Below, piece after piece: positions 32,331-49,100 of a DNA stretch of 64,000 nt (the stretch's first letter is position 1; each line of letters begins with the position of its first letter). The stretch is from Bugula neritina (lineage: Eukaryota; Animalia; Bryozoa): positions 248,001-312,000 of the forward strand of contig CAXIUT010000230.1 in assembly GCA_964035545.1 (NCBI GenBank), written 5' to 3'. The translations under genes and the position numbers were made by a program. A model generated the notes under the pieces. That model was not told where the DNA came from, did no database searches, and saw nothing but the letters and a program-made list of their open reading frames with translations.

Positions 32331-35300
32331 AACATACTGAAATATACTGCAACATACTGAAATACACTGCTACATACTGAAATATATGGCAACACACTGC
32401 AACATACTGAAACATACTAAAATACACTGTAACATATTGAAATACACTGCAACACAGTGAAATATACTGCAATGTGCCGAAATATATGGTAAACTACTGA
32501 AATATACTGTCACACATTGAAAATCACTGCAACATACTGAAATGAACTGCGACACATTGCAATATACTGTAACATACCGAAATATGCTGTAGCACATTGA
32601 AATACACTGCAACTCACTGAAATACAGTGCTACATACTGAAATATACTGCAACATACTGCAACATACTGAAATACACTGTAACATACTGAAATAAACTGC
32701 AACATCCTGCAACATACTGAAGTACACTGTAACATACTGAAATACACCGCAACATCCTACAAGATACTGAAATACACTGTACTGTATTGAAGTACACTGC
32801 AACACATTGAAGTATTCTGCAACACACTTAAACATACGGCAACATACTGAAATATACTTCGGCACATTGCAATATACTGCAGCATACTGAAATATGCTGT
32901 AGCCTACTGAAATACACTGCATTATACTGAAATACACTGCTACATACTGAAATATACTGCAACATACTGAAATATACTGCGACACATTGCAATATACTGT
33001 AACATACTGAAATATGCTGTAGCACACTGAAATACACTGCAACTCACTGAAATATACTGCAACATACTGAAATACACTGTAACATATTGAAATATACTGC
33101 AACATACTGAAATACAGTGCTACATACTGAAATATACTGCAACATACTGCAACATACTGAAATACACTGTAACATACTGAAATACACTGCAACATACTAC
33201 AACATATTGAAAGACACTGCAACACATTGAAATATGCTGCAACATACCTAAATATACGGTAATATACCAAAATAAACTGTTACACATTGAAAAATACTGC
33301 AACATACTGAAATACACTGCAACACACTGAAAAACACTGCAAAATACTGTAACACACTGAAATATACTGCAAAATACTGAAATACACTGCTACATACTTA
33401 AATATACTGCAACACACTGCAACATACTGCAACATACTAAAATATACTGCAACATACTGAAATACACTGCAAAATACTGAAATACACTGTAACATACTGA
33501 AATATACTGCAACATACTGAAGTACACTCCTACATACTGAAATATACTGCAACTCACTGCAACATACTGCAACATACTAAAATACACTGTAACATATTGA
33601 AATACACTGCAACACATTGAAATATACTGCAAAATATTGAAATACACTGCTACACACTGAAATATACTGCAACACACGGCAACATACTGCAACATACTAA
33701 AATATACTGCAACATACTGAAATACACTGCAAAACACTGAAATACGCTGTAACATACTGAAATATACTGCAACACACTGAAAAACACTGCAAAATACTGT
33801 AACACACTGAAATAAACTGCAAAACACTGAAATACACTGCTACATACTGAAATATACTGCAACACAGTGCAACATGCTGCAACATACTAAAATATACTGC
33901 AACATACTGAAATACACTGCAAAATACTGAAATACACTGTAACATACTGAAATACACTGCAAAATACTACAACATTTTGACATACACTGGAATACATTGA
34001 AATATACTGCAACATACCTAAATATACGGTAATATACTGAAATATACTGTAACACATTGAAAAATACTACAAAATACTGAAATACACTGCAACATACTAC
34101 AACATACTGAAATACGCTGTAATACATTGAAATCCACTGCAACACATTGAAATATAGTGTAACTCGCTGAAACATACTGTAACTCACTGAAATATAGTGT
34201 AATATACGGAAATGTACTGTAAAGTACTGGAATATAATGTAACACACTGAAATATACTGCAACATACTGAAATACACTGTAACATACTGAAATACACTGT
34301 AACATACTGAAATATACTGCAACATACTGAAGTACACTCCTACATACTGAAATATACTGCAACTCACTGCAACATACTGCAACATACTAAAATACACTGT
34401 AACATATTGAAATACACTGCAACACATTGAAATATACTGCAAAATATTGAAATACACTGCTACACACTGAAATATACTGCAACACACGGCAACATACTGC
34501 AACATACTAAAATATACTGCAACATACTGAAATACACTGCAAAACACTGAAATACGCTGTAACATACTGAAATATACTGCAACATACTGAAATATACTGC
34601 TACATACTGAAATATACTGCAACACACTGCAACATACTGCAACATACTAAAATACACTGTAACATAATGAAATACACTGCAACACATTGAAATATACTGC
34701 AAAATACTGAAATACACTGCTATATACTGAAATATACTGCAACACACTGCAACATACTGCAACATACTAAAATATACTGCAACATACTAAAATACACTGC
34801 AAAATACTGAAATACACTGTAACATACTGAAATATACTGCAACATACTGAAATACACTGCTACATACTGAAATATACGGCAACACACTGCAACATACTGA
34901 AACATACTAAAATACACTGTAACATATTGAAATACACTGCAACACAGTGAAATATACTGCAATGTGCCGAAATATATGGTAAACTACTGAAATATACTGT
35001 CACACATTGAAAATCACTGCAACATACTGAAATGAACTGCGACACATTGCAATATACTGTAACATACCGAAATATGCTGTAGCACATTGAAATACACTGC
35101 AACTCACTGAAATACAGTGCTACATACTGAAATATACTGCAACATACTGCAACATACTGAAATACACTGTAACATACTGAAATAAACTGCAACATCCTGC
35201 AACATACTGAAGTACACTGTAACATACTGAAATACACCGCAACATCCTACAAGATACTGAAATACACTGTAACGTATTGAAGTACACTGCAACACATTGA

Positions 35301-38300
35301 AGTATTCTGCAACACACTTAAACATACGGCAACATACTGAAATATACTTCGGCACATTGCAATATACTGCAGCATACTGAAATATGCTGTAGCCTACTGA
35401 AATACACTGCATTATACTGAAATACACTGCTACATACTGAAATATACTGCAACATACTGAAATATACTGCGACACATTGCAATATACTGTAACATACTGA
35501 AATATGCTGTAGCACACTGAAATACACTGCAACTCACTGAAATATACTGCAACATACTGAAATACACTGTAACATATTGAAATATACTGCAACATACTGA
35601 AATACAGTGCTACATACTGAAATATACTGCAACATACTGCAACATACTGAAATACACTGTAACATACTGAAATACACTGCAACATACTACAACATATTGA
35701 AAGACACTGCAACACATTGAAATATGCTGCAACATACCTAAATATACGGTAATATACCAAAATAAACTGTTACACATTGAAAAATACTGCAACATACTGA
35801 AATACACTGCAACACACTGAAAAACACTGCAAAATACTGTAACACACTGAAATATACTGCAAAATACTGAAATACACTGCTACATACTTAAATATACTGC
35901 AACACACTGCAACATACTGCAACATACTAAAATATACTGCAACATACTGAAATACACTGCAAAATACTGAAATACACTGTAACATACTGAAATATACTGC
36001 AACATACTGAAGTACACTCCTACATACTGAAATATACTGCAACTCACTGCAACATACTGCAACATACTAAAATACACTGTAACATATTGAAATACACTGC
36101 AACACATTGAAATATACTGCAAAATATTGAAATACACTGCTACACACTGAAATATACTGCAACACACGGCAACATACTGCAACATACTAAAATATACTGC
36201 AACATACTGAAATACACTGCAAAACACTGATATACGCTGTAACATACTGAAATATACTGCAACACACTGAAAAACACTGCAAAATACTGTAACACACTGA
36301 AATAAACTGCAAAACACTGAAATACACTGCTACATACTGAAATATACTGCAACACAGTGCAACATGCTGCAACATACTAAAATATACTGCAACATACTGA
36401 AATACACTGCAAAATACTGAAATACACTGTAACATACTGAAATACACTGCAAAATACTACAACATTTTGACATACACTGGAATACATTGAAATATACTGC
36501 AACATACCTAAATATACGGTAATATACTGAAATATACTGTAACACATTGAAAAATACTACAAAATACTGAAATACACTGCAACATACTACAACATACTGA
36601 AATACGCTGTAATACATTGAAATCCACTGCAACACATTGAAATATAGTGTAACTCGCTGAAACATACTGTAACTCACTGAAATATAGTGTAATATACGGA
36701 AATGTACTGTAAAGTACTGGAATATAATGTAACACACTGAAATATACTGCAACATACTGAAATACACTGTAACATACTGAAATACACTGTAACATACTGA
36801 AATATACTGCAACATACTGAAGTACACTCCTACATACTGAAATATACTGCAACTCACTGCAACATACTGCAACATACTAAAATACACTGTAACATATTGA
36901 AATACACTGCAACACATTGAAATATACTGCAAAATATTGAAATACACTGCTACACACTGAAATATACTGCAACACACGGCAACATACTGCAACATACTAA
37001 AATATACTGCAACATACTGAAATACACTGCAAAACACTGAAATACGCTGTAACATACTGAAATATACTGCAACATACTGAAATATACTGCTACATACTGA
37101 AATATACTGCAACACACTGCAACATACTGCAACATACTAAAATACACTGTAACATAATGAAATACACTGCAACACATTGAAATATACTGCAAAATACTGA
37201 AATACACTGCTATATACTGAAATATACTGCAACACACTGCAACATACTGCAACATACTAAAATATACTGCAACATACTAAAATACACTGCAAAATACTGA
37301 AATACACTGTAACATACTGAAATATACTGCAACATACTGAAATACACTGCTACATACTGAAATATACGGCAACACACTGCAACATACTGAAACATACTAA
37401 AATACACTGTAACATATTGAAATACACTGCAACACAGTGAAATATACTGCAATGTGCCGAAATATATGGTAAACTACTGAAATATACTGTCACACATTGA
37501 AAATCACTGCAACATACTGAAATGAACTGCGACACATTGCAATATACTGTAACATACCGAAATATGCTGTAGCACATTGAAATACACTGCAACTCACTGA
37601 AATACAGTGCTACATACTGAAATATACTGCAACATACTGCAACATACTGAAATACACTGTAACATACTGAAATAAACTGCAACATCCTGCAACATACTGA
37701 AGTACACTGTAACATACTGAAATACACCGCAACATCCTACAAGATACTGAAATACACTGTAACGTATTGAAGTACACTGCAACACATTGAAGTATTCTGC
37801 AACACACTTAAACATACGGCAACATACTGAAATATACTTCGGCACATTGCAATATACTGCAGCATACTGAAATATGCTGTAGCCTACTGAAATACACTGC
37901 ATTATACTGAAATACACTGCTACATACTGAAATATACTGCAACATACTGAAATATACTGCGACACATTGCAATATACTGTAACATACTGAAATATGCTGT
38001 AGCACACTGAAATACACTGCAACTCACTGAAATATACTGCAACATACTGAAATACACTGTAACATATTGAAATATACTGCAACATACTGAAATACAGTGC
38101 TACATACTGAAATATACTGCAACATACTGCAACATACTGAAATACACTGTAACATACTGAAATACACTGCAACATACTACAACATATTGAAAGACACTGC
38201 AACACATTGAAATATGCTGCAACATACCTAAATATACGGTAATATACCAAAATAAACTGTTACACATTGAAAAATACTGCAACATACTGAAATACACTGC

Positions 38301-38740
38301 AACACACTGAAAAACACTGCAAAATACTGTAACACACTGAAATATACTGCAAAATACTGAAATACACTGCTACATACTTAAATATACTGCAACACACTGC
38401 AACATACTGCAACATACTAAAATATACTGCAACATACCGAAATACACTGCAAAATACTGAAATACACTGTAACATACTGAAATATACTGCAACATACTGA
38501 AGTACACTCCTACATACTGAAATATACTGCAACTCACTGCAACATACTGCAACATACTAAAATACACTGTAACATTTTGAAATACACTGCAACACATTGA
38601 AATATACTGCAAAATATTGAAATACGCTGCTACACACTGAAATATACTGCAACACACGGCAACATACTGCAACATACTAAAATATACTGCAACATACTGA
38701 AATACACTGCAAAACACTGAAATACGCTGTAACATACTGA
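31480..38740 (+). repeat. About three tandem copies of a rearranged 2490-bp HOR
   Basis: CATACACTGG 31491/33981/36471; AAAGTACTGG 31731/34221/36711; AATGTGCCGA 32471/34961/37451; AATATACTTC 32851/35341/37831. Confidence 0.92.
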
Positions 38741-40170
38741 AATATACTGCAACATACTGAAATATACTGCTACATACTGAAATATACTGCAACACACTGC
38801 AACATACTGCAACATACTAAAATACACTGTAACATAATGAAATACACTGCAACACATTGAAATATACTGCAAAATACTGAAATACACTGTTATATACTGA
38901 AATATACTGCAACACACTGCAACATACTGCAACATACTAAAATATACTGCAACATACTGAAATACACTGCAAAATACTGAAATACACTGTAACATACTGA
39001 AATATACTGCAACATACTGAAATACACTGCTACATACTGAAATATACGGCAACACACTGCAACATACTGAAACATACTAAAATACACTGTAACATATTGA
39101 AATACACTGCAACACAGTGAAATATACTGCAATGTGCCGAAATATATGGTAAACTACTGAAATACACTGTCACACATTGAAAATTACTGCAACATACTGA
39201 AATGAACTGCGACACATTGCAATATACTGTAACATACCGAAATATGCTGTAGCACATTGAAATACACTGCAACTCACTGAAATACAGTGCTACATACTGA
39301 AATATACTGCAACATACTGCAACATACTGAAATACACTGTAACAAACTGAAATACACTGCAACATACTACAACATTTTGAAACACACTGCAACACATTGA
39401 AATATACTGCAACATACCTAAATATACGGTAATATACCAAAATATACTGTAACACATTGAAAAATACTGCAACATACTGAAATACACTGCAACACAGTGA
39501 AAAACACTGCAAAATACTGTAACACACTGAAATATACTGCAAAATACTGAAATACACTGCTACATACTGAAATATACTGCAACACAGTGCAACATACTGC
39601 AACATACTAAAATATACTGCAACATACTGAAATACACTGCTAAATACTGAAATACACTGTAACATACTGAAATACACTGCAAAATACTACAAGATTTTGA
39701 AATACACTGCAACACATTGAAATATACTGCAACATACCTAAATATACGGTAATATACTGAAATATACTGTAACACATTGAAAAATACTACAAAATACTGA
39801 AATACACTGCAACATACTACAACATACTGAAATACGCTGTAAGACATTGAAATCCACTGCAACACATTGAAATATACTGTAACTCGCTGAAACATACTGT
39901 AACTCACTGAAATATAGTGTAATATACGGAAATGTACTGTAAAATACTGGAATATAATGTAACACACTGAAATATACAGCAACATACTGAAATACACTGT
40001 AACATACTGAAATAAACTGCAACATCCTGCAACATACTGAAATACACTGTAACATACTGAAATACACCAAAACATCCTACAAGATCCTGAAATACACTGG
40101 AACGTATTGAAGTACACTGCAACACATTGAAGTATTCTGCAACACACTTAAACATACGGCAACATACTGA
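37831..40170 (+). repeat. Second complete 2340-bp HOR unit
   Basis: The same marker occurs at 37831 and 40171. Internal landmarks sit at the same offsets as in the 8121 unit (GACACATTGC +130, AATGTGCCGA +1300, TAAATACTGA +1810). Confidence 0.9.
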
Positions 40171-43149
40171 AATATACTTCGGCACATTGCAATATACTGC
40201 AGCATACTGAAATATGCTGTAGCCTGCTGAAATACACTGCATTATACTGAAATACACTGCTACATACTGAAATATACTGCAACATACTGAAATATACTGC
40301 GACACATTGCAATATACTGTAACATACTGAAATATGCTGTAGCACACTGAAATACACTGCAACTCACTGAAATATACTGCAACATACTGAAATACACTGT
40401 AACATATTGAAATATACTGCAACATACTGAAATACAGTGCTACATACTGAAATATACTGCAACATACTGCAACATACTGAAATACACTGTAACATACTGA
40501 AATACACTGCAACATACTACAACATATTGAAAGACACTGCAACACATTGAAATATGCTGCAACATACCTAAATATACGGTAATATACCAAAATAAACTGT
40601 TACACATTGAAAAAAACTGCAACATACTGAAATACACTGCAACACACTGAAAAACACTGCAAAATACTGTAACACACTGAAATATACTGCAAAATAATGA
40701 AATACACTGCTACATACTTAAATATACTGCAACACACTGCAACATACTGCAACATACTAAAATATACTGCAACATACTGAAATACACTGCAAAATACTGA
40801 AATACACTGTAACATACTGAAATATACTGCAACATACTGAAGTACACTCCTACATACTGAAATATACTGCAACTCACTGCAACATACTGCAACATACTAA
40901 AATACACTGTAACATATTGAAATACACTGCAACACATTGAAATATACTGCAAAATATTGAAATACACTGCTACACACTGAAATATACTGCAACACACGGC
41001 AACATACTGCAACATACTAAAATATACTGCAACATACTGAAATACACTGCAAAACACTGAAATACGCTGTAACATACTGAAATATACTGCAACATACTGA
41101 AATATACTGCTACATACTGAAATATACTGCAACACACTGCAACATACTGCAACATACTAAAATACACTGTAACATAATGAAATACACTGCAACACATTGA
41201 AATATACTGCAAAATACTGAAATACACTGCTATATACTGAAATATACTGCAACACACTGCAACATACTGCAATATACTAAAATATACTGCAACATACTAA
41301 AATACACTGCAAAATACTGAAATACACTGTAACATACTGAAATATACTGCAACATACTGAAATACACTGCTACGTACTGAAATATACGGCAACACACTGC
41401 AACATACTGAAACATACTAAAATACACTGTAACATATTGAAATACACTGCAACACAGTGAAATATACTGCAATGTGCCGAAATATATGGTAAACTACTGA
41501 AATATACTGTCACACATTGAAAATCACTGCAACATACTGAAATGAACTGCGACACATTGCAATATACTGTAACATACCGAAATATGCTGTAGCACATTGA
41601 AATACACTGCAACTCACTGAAATACAGTGCTACATACTGAAATATACTGCAACATACTGCAACATACTGAAATACACTGTAACAAACTGAAATACACTGC
41701 AACATACTACAACATTTTGAAACACACTGCAACACATTGAAATATACTGCAACATACCTAAATATACGGTAATATACCGAAATATACTGTAACACATTGA
41801 AAAATACTGCAACATACTGAAATACACTGCAACACACTGAAAAACACTGCAAAATACTGTAACACACTGAAATAAACTGCAAAACACTGAAATACACTGC
41901 TACATACTGAAATATACTGCAACACAGTGCAACATGCTGCAACATACTAAAATATACTGCAACATACTGAAATACACTGCAAAATACTGAAATACACTGT
42001 AACATACTGAAATACACTGCAAAATACTACAACATTTTGACATACACTGGAATACATTGAAATATACTGCAACATACCTAAATATACGGTAATATACTGA
42101 AATATACTGTAACACATTGAAAAATACTACAAAATACTGAAATACACTGCAACATACTACAACATACTGAAATACGCTGTAATACATTGAAATCCACTGC
42201 AACACATTGAAATATAGTGTAACTCGCTGAAACATACTGTAACTCACTGAAATATAGTGTAATATACGGAAATGTACTGTAAAGTACTGGAATATAATGT
42301 AACACACTGAAATATACTGCAACATACTGAAATACACTGTAACATACTGAAATATACTGCGACACATTGCAATATACTGTAACATACTGAAATATGCTGT
42401 AGCACACTGAAATACACTGCAACTCACTGAAATATACTGCAACATACTGAAATACACTGTAACATATTGAAATATACTGCAACATACTGAAATACAGTGC
42501 TACATACTGAAATATACTGCAACATACTGCAACATACTGAAATACACTGTAACATACTGAAATACACTGCAACATACTACAACATATTGAAAGTCACTGC
42601 AACACATTGAAATATGCTGCAACATACCTAAATATACGGTAATATACCAAAATAAACTGTTACACATTGAAAAATACTGCAACATACTGAAATACACTGC
42701 AACACACTGAAAAACACTGCAAAATACTGTAACACACTGAAATATACTGCAAAATACTGAAATACACTGCTACATACTTAAATATACTGCAACACACTGC
42801 AACATACTGCAACATACTAAAATATACTGCAACATACTGAAATATACTGCAACATACTGAAGTACACTCCTACATACTGAAATATACTGCAACTCACTGC
42901 AACATACTGCAACATACTAAAATACACTGTAACATATTGAAATACACTGCAACACATTGAAATATACTGCAAAATATTGAAATACACTGCTACACACTGA
43001 AATATACTGCAACACACGGCAACATACTGCAACATACTAAAATAAACTGCAACATACTGAAATACACTGCAAAACACTGAAATACGCTGTAACATACTGA
43101 AATATACTGCAACATACTGAAATATACTGCTACATACTGAAATATACTG

Positions 43150-46100
43150 CAACACACTGCAACATACTGCAACATACTAAAACACACTGTAACATAATGA
43201 AATACACTGCAACACATTGAAATATACTGCAAAATACTGAAATACACTGCTATATACTGATATATACTGCAACACACTGCAACATACTGCAACATACTAA
43301 AATATACTGCAACATACTGAAATACACTGCAAAATACTGAAATACACTGTAACATACTGAAATATACTGCAACATACTGAAATACACTGCTACATACTGA
43401 AATATACGGCAACACACTGCAACATACTGAAACATACTAAAATACACTGTAACATATTGAAATACACTGCAACACAGTGAAATATACTGCAATGTACCGA
43501 AATGTATGGTAAACTACTGAAATATACTGTCACACATTGAAAAATACTGCAACATACTGAAATATACTGCGACACATTGCAATATACTGTAACATACCGA
43601 AATATGCTGTAGCACATTGAAATACACTGCAACTCACTGAAATACAGTGCTACATACTGAAATATACTGCAACATACTGCAACATACTGAAATACACTGT
43701 AACAAACTGAAATACACTGCAACATACTACAACATTTTGAAACACACTGCAACACACTGAAATATACTGCAACATACCTAAATATACGGTAATATACCAA
43801 AATATACTGTAACACATTGAAAAATACTGCAACATACTGAAATACACTGTAACATACTGAAATACACTGCAACATACTGAAATACACTGCAAAATACTGA
43901 AATACACTGTAACATACTGAAATACACTGCAAAATACTACAACATTTTGACATACACTGGAATACATTGAAATATACTGCAACATACCTAAATATACGGT
44001 AATATACTGAAATATACTGTAACACATTGAAAAATACTACAAAATACTGAAATACACTGCAACATACTACAACATACTGAAATACGCTGTAATACATTGA
44101 AATCCACTGCAACACATTGAAATATAGTGTAACTCGCTGAAACACACTGTAACTCACTGAAATATAGTGTAATATACGGAAATGTACTGTAAAGTACTGG
44201 AATATAATGTAACACACTGAAATATACTGCAACATACTGAAATACACTGTAACATACTGAAATATACTGCGACACATTGCAATATACTGTAACATACTGA
44301 AATATGCTGTAGCACACTGAAATACACTGCAACTCACTGAAATATACTGCAACATACTGAAATACACTGTAACATATTGAAATATACTGCAACATACTGA
44401 AATACAGTGCTACATACTGAAATATACTGCAACATACTGCAACATACTGAAATACACTGTAACATACTGAAATACACTGCAACATACTACAACATATTGA
44501 AAGACACTGCAACACATTGAAATATGCTGCAACATACCTAATTATACGGTAATATACCAAAATAAACTGTTACACATTGAAAAATACTGCAACATACTGA
44601 AATACACTGCAACACACTGAAAAACACTGCAAAATACTGTAACACACTGAAATATACTGCAAAATACTCAAATACACTGCTACATACTTAAATATACTGC
44701 AACACACTGCAACATACTGCAACATACTAAAATATACTGCAACATACTGAAATACACTGCAAAATACTGAAATACACTGCAACATACTGAAATATACTGC
44801 AACATACTGAAGTACACTCCTACATACTGAAATATACTGCAACTCACTGCAACATACTGCAACATACTAAAATACACTGTAACATATTGAAATACACTGC
44901 AACACATTGAAATATACTGCAAAATATTGAAATACACTGCTACACACTGAAATATACTGCAACACACGGCAACATACTGCAACATACTAAAATATACTGC
45001 AACATACTGAAATACACTGCAAAACACTGAAATACGCTGTAACATACTGAAATATACTGCAACATACTGAAATATACTGATACATACTGAAATATACTGC
45101 AACACACTGCAACATACTGCAACATACTAAAATACACTGTAACATAATGAAATACACTGCAACACATTGAAATATACTGCAAAATACTGAAATACACTGC
45201 TATATACTGAAATATACTGCAACACACTGCAACATACTGCAACATACTAAAATATACTGCAACATACTGAAATACACTGCAAAATACTGAAATACACTGT
45301 AACATACTGAAATATACTGCAACATACTGAAATACACTGCTACATACTGAAATATACGGCAACACACTGCAACATACTGAAACATACTAAAATACACTGT
45401 AACATATTGAAATACACTGCAACACAGTGAAATATACTGCAATGTGCCGAAATATATGGTAAACTACTGAAATATACTGTCACACATTGAAAATTACTGC
45501 AACATACTGAAATGAACTGCGACACATTGCAATATACTGTAACATACCGAAATATGCTGTAGCACATTGAAATACACTGCAACTCACTGAAATACAGTGC
45601 TACATACTGAAATATACTGCAACATACTGCAACATACTGAAATACACGGTAACAAACTGAAATACACTGCAACATACTACAACATTTTGAAACACACTGC
45701 AACACATTGAAATATACTGCAACATACCTAAATATACGGTAATATACAGAAATATACTGTAACACATTGAAAAATACTGCAACATACTGAAATACACTGC
45801 AACACACTGAAGAACACTGCAAAATACTGTAACACACTGAAATATACTGCAAAATACTGAAATACACTGCTACATACTGAAATATACTACAACACACTGC
45901 AACATACTGCAACATACTAAAATATACTGCAACATACTGAAATACACTGCAAAATACTGAAATACACTGTAACATACTGAAATATACTGCAACATACTGA
46001 AGTACACTCCTACATACTGAAATATACTGCAACTCACTGCAACATACTGCAACATACTAAAATACACTGTAACATATTGAAATACACTGCAACACATTGA

Positions 46101-49100
46101 AATATACTGCAAAATATTGAAATACACTGCTACACACTGAAATATACTGCAACACACGGCAACATACTGCAACATACTAAAATATACTGCAACATACTGA
46201 AATACACTGCAAAATACTGAAATACACTGTAACATAATGAAATATACTGCAACATACTGAAATATACTGCTACATACTGCAATATACTGCAACACACTGC
46301 AACATACTGCAACATACTAAAACACACTGTAACATAATGAAATACACTGCAACACATTGAAATATACTGCAAAATACTGAAATACACTGCTATATACTGA
46401 TATATACTGCAACACACTGCAACATACTGCAACATACTAAAATATACTGCAACATACTGAAATACACTGCAAAATACTGAAATACACTGTAACATACTGA
46501 AATATACTGCAACATACTGAAATACACTGCTACATACTGAAATATACGGCAACACACTGCAACATACTGAAACATACTAAAATACACTGTAACATATTGA
46601 AATACACTGCAACACAGTGGAATATACTGCAATGTACCGAAATGTATGGTAAACTACTGAAATATACTGTCACACATTGAAAAATACTGCAACATACTGA
46701 AATATACTGCGACACATTGCAATATACTGTAACATACCGAAATATGCTGTAGCACATTGAAATACACTGCAACTCACTGAAATACAGTGCTACATACTGA
46801 AATATACTGCAACATACTGCAACATACTGAAATACACGGTAACAAACTGAAATACACTGCAACATACTACAACATTTTGAAACACACTGCAACACATTGA
46901 AATATACTGCAACATACCTAAATATACGGTAATATACAGAAATATACTGTAACACATTGAAAAATACTGCAACATACTGAAATACACTGCAACACACTGA
47001 AGAACACTGCAAAATACTGTAACACACTGAAATATACTGCAAAATACTGAAATACACTGCTACATACTGAAATATACTACAACACACTGCAACATACTGC
47101 AACATACTAAAATATACTGCAACATACTGAAATACACTGCAAAATACTGAAATACACTGTAACATACTGAAATATACTGCAACATACTGAAGTACACTCC
47201 TACATACTGAAATATACTGCAACTCACTGCAACATACTGCAACATACTAAAATACACTGTAACATATTGAAATACACTGCAACACATTGAAATATACTGC
47301 AAAATATTGAAATACACTGCTACACACTGAAATATACTGCAACACACGGCAACATACTGCAACATACTAAAATATACTGCAACATACTGAAATACACTGC
47401 AAAATACTGAAATACACTGTAACATAATGAAATATACTGCAACATACTGAAATATACTGCTACATACTGCAATATACTGCAACACACTGCAACATACTGC
47501 AACATACTAAAACACACTGTAACATAATGAAATACACTGCAACACATTGAAATATACTGCAAAATACTGAAATACACTGCTATATACTGATATATACTGC
47601 AACACACTGCAACATACTGCAACATACTAAAATATACTGCAACATACTGAAATACACTGCAAAATACTGAAATACACTGTAACATACTGAAATATACTGC
47701 AACATACTGAAATACACTGCTACATACTGAAATATACGGCAACACACTGCAACATACTGAAACATACTAAAATACACTGTAACATATTGAAATACACTGC
47801 AACACAGTGAAATATACTGCAATGTACCGAAATGTATGGTAAACTACTGAAATATACTGTCACACATTGAAAAATACTGCAACATACTGAAATATACTGC
47901 GACACATTGCAATATACTGTAACATACCGAAATATGCTGTAGCACATTGAAATACACTGCAACTCACTGAAATACAGTGCTACATACTGAAATATACTGC
48001 AACATACTGCAACATACTGAAATACACTGTAACAAACTGAAATACACTGCAACATACTACAACATTTTGAAACACACTGCAACACACTGAAATATACTGC
48101 AACATACCTAAATATACGGTAATATACCAAAATATACTGTAACACATTGAAAAATACTGCAACATACTGAAATACACTGTAACATACTGAAATATACTGC
48201 AACATACTGAAATACACTGCAAAATACTGAAATACACTGTAACATACTGAAATACACTGCAAAATACTACAACATTTTGACATACACTGGAATACATTGA
48301 AATATACTGCAACATGCCTAAATATACGGTAATATACTGAAATATACTGTAACACATTGAAAAAAACTACAAAATACTGAAATACACTGCAACATACTAC
48401 AACATACTGAAATACGCTGTAATACATTGAAATCCACTGCAACACATTGAAATATAGTGTAACTCGCTGAAACATACTGTAACTCACTGAAATATAGTGT
48501 AATATACGGAAATGTACTGTAAAGTACTGGAATATAATGTAACACACTGAAATATACTGCAACATACTGAAATACACTGTAACATACTGAAATATACTGC
48601 GACACATTGCAATATACTGTAACATACTGAAATATGCTGTAGCACACTGAAATACACTGCAACTCACTGAAATATACTGCAACATACTGAAATACACTGT
48701 AACATATTGAAATATACTGCAACATACTGAAATACAGTGCTACATACTGAAATATACTGCAACATACTGCAACATACTGAAATACACTGTAACATACTGA
48801 AATACACTGCAACATACTACAACATATTGAAAGACACTGCAACACATTGAAATATGCTGCAACATACCTAAATATACGGTAATATACCAAAATAAACTGT
48901 TACACATTGAAAATTACTGCAACATACTGAAATACACTGCAACACACTGAAAAACACTGCAAAATACTGTAACACACTGAAATATACTGCAAAATACTGA
49001 AATACACTGCTACATACTTAAATATACTGCAACACACTGCAACATACTAAAATATACTGCAACATACTGAAATACACTGCAAAATACTGAAATACACTGC

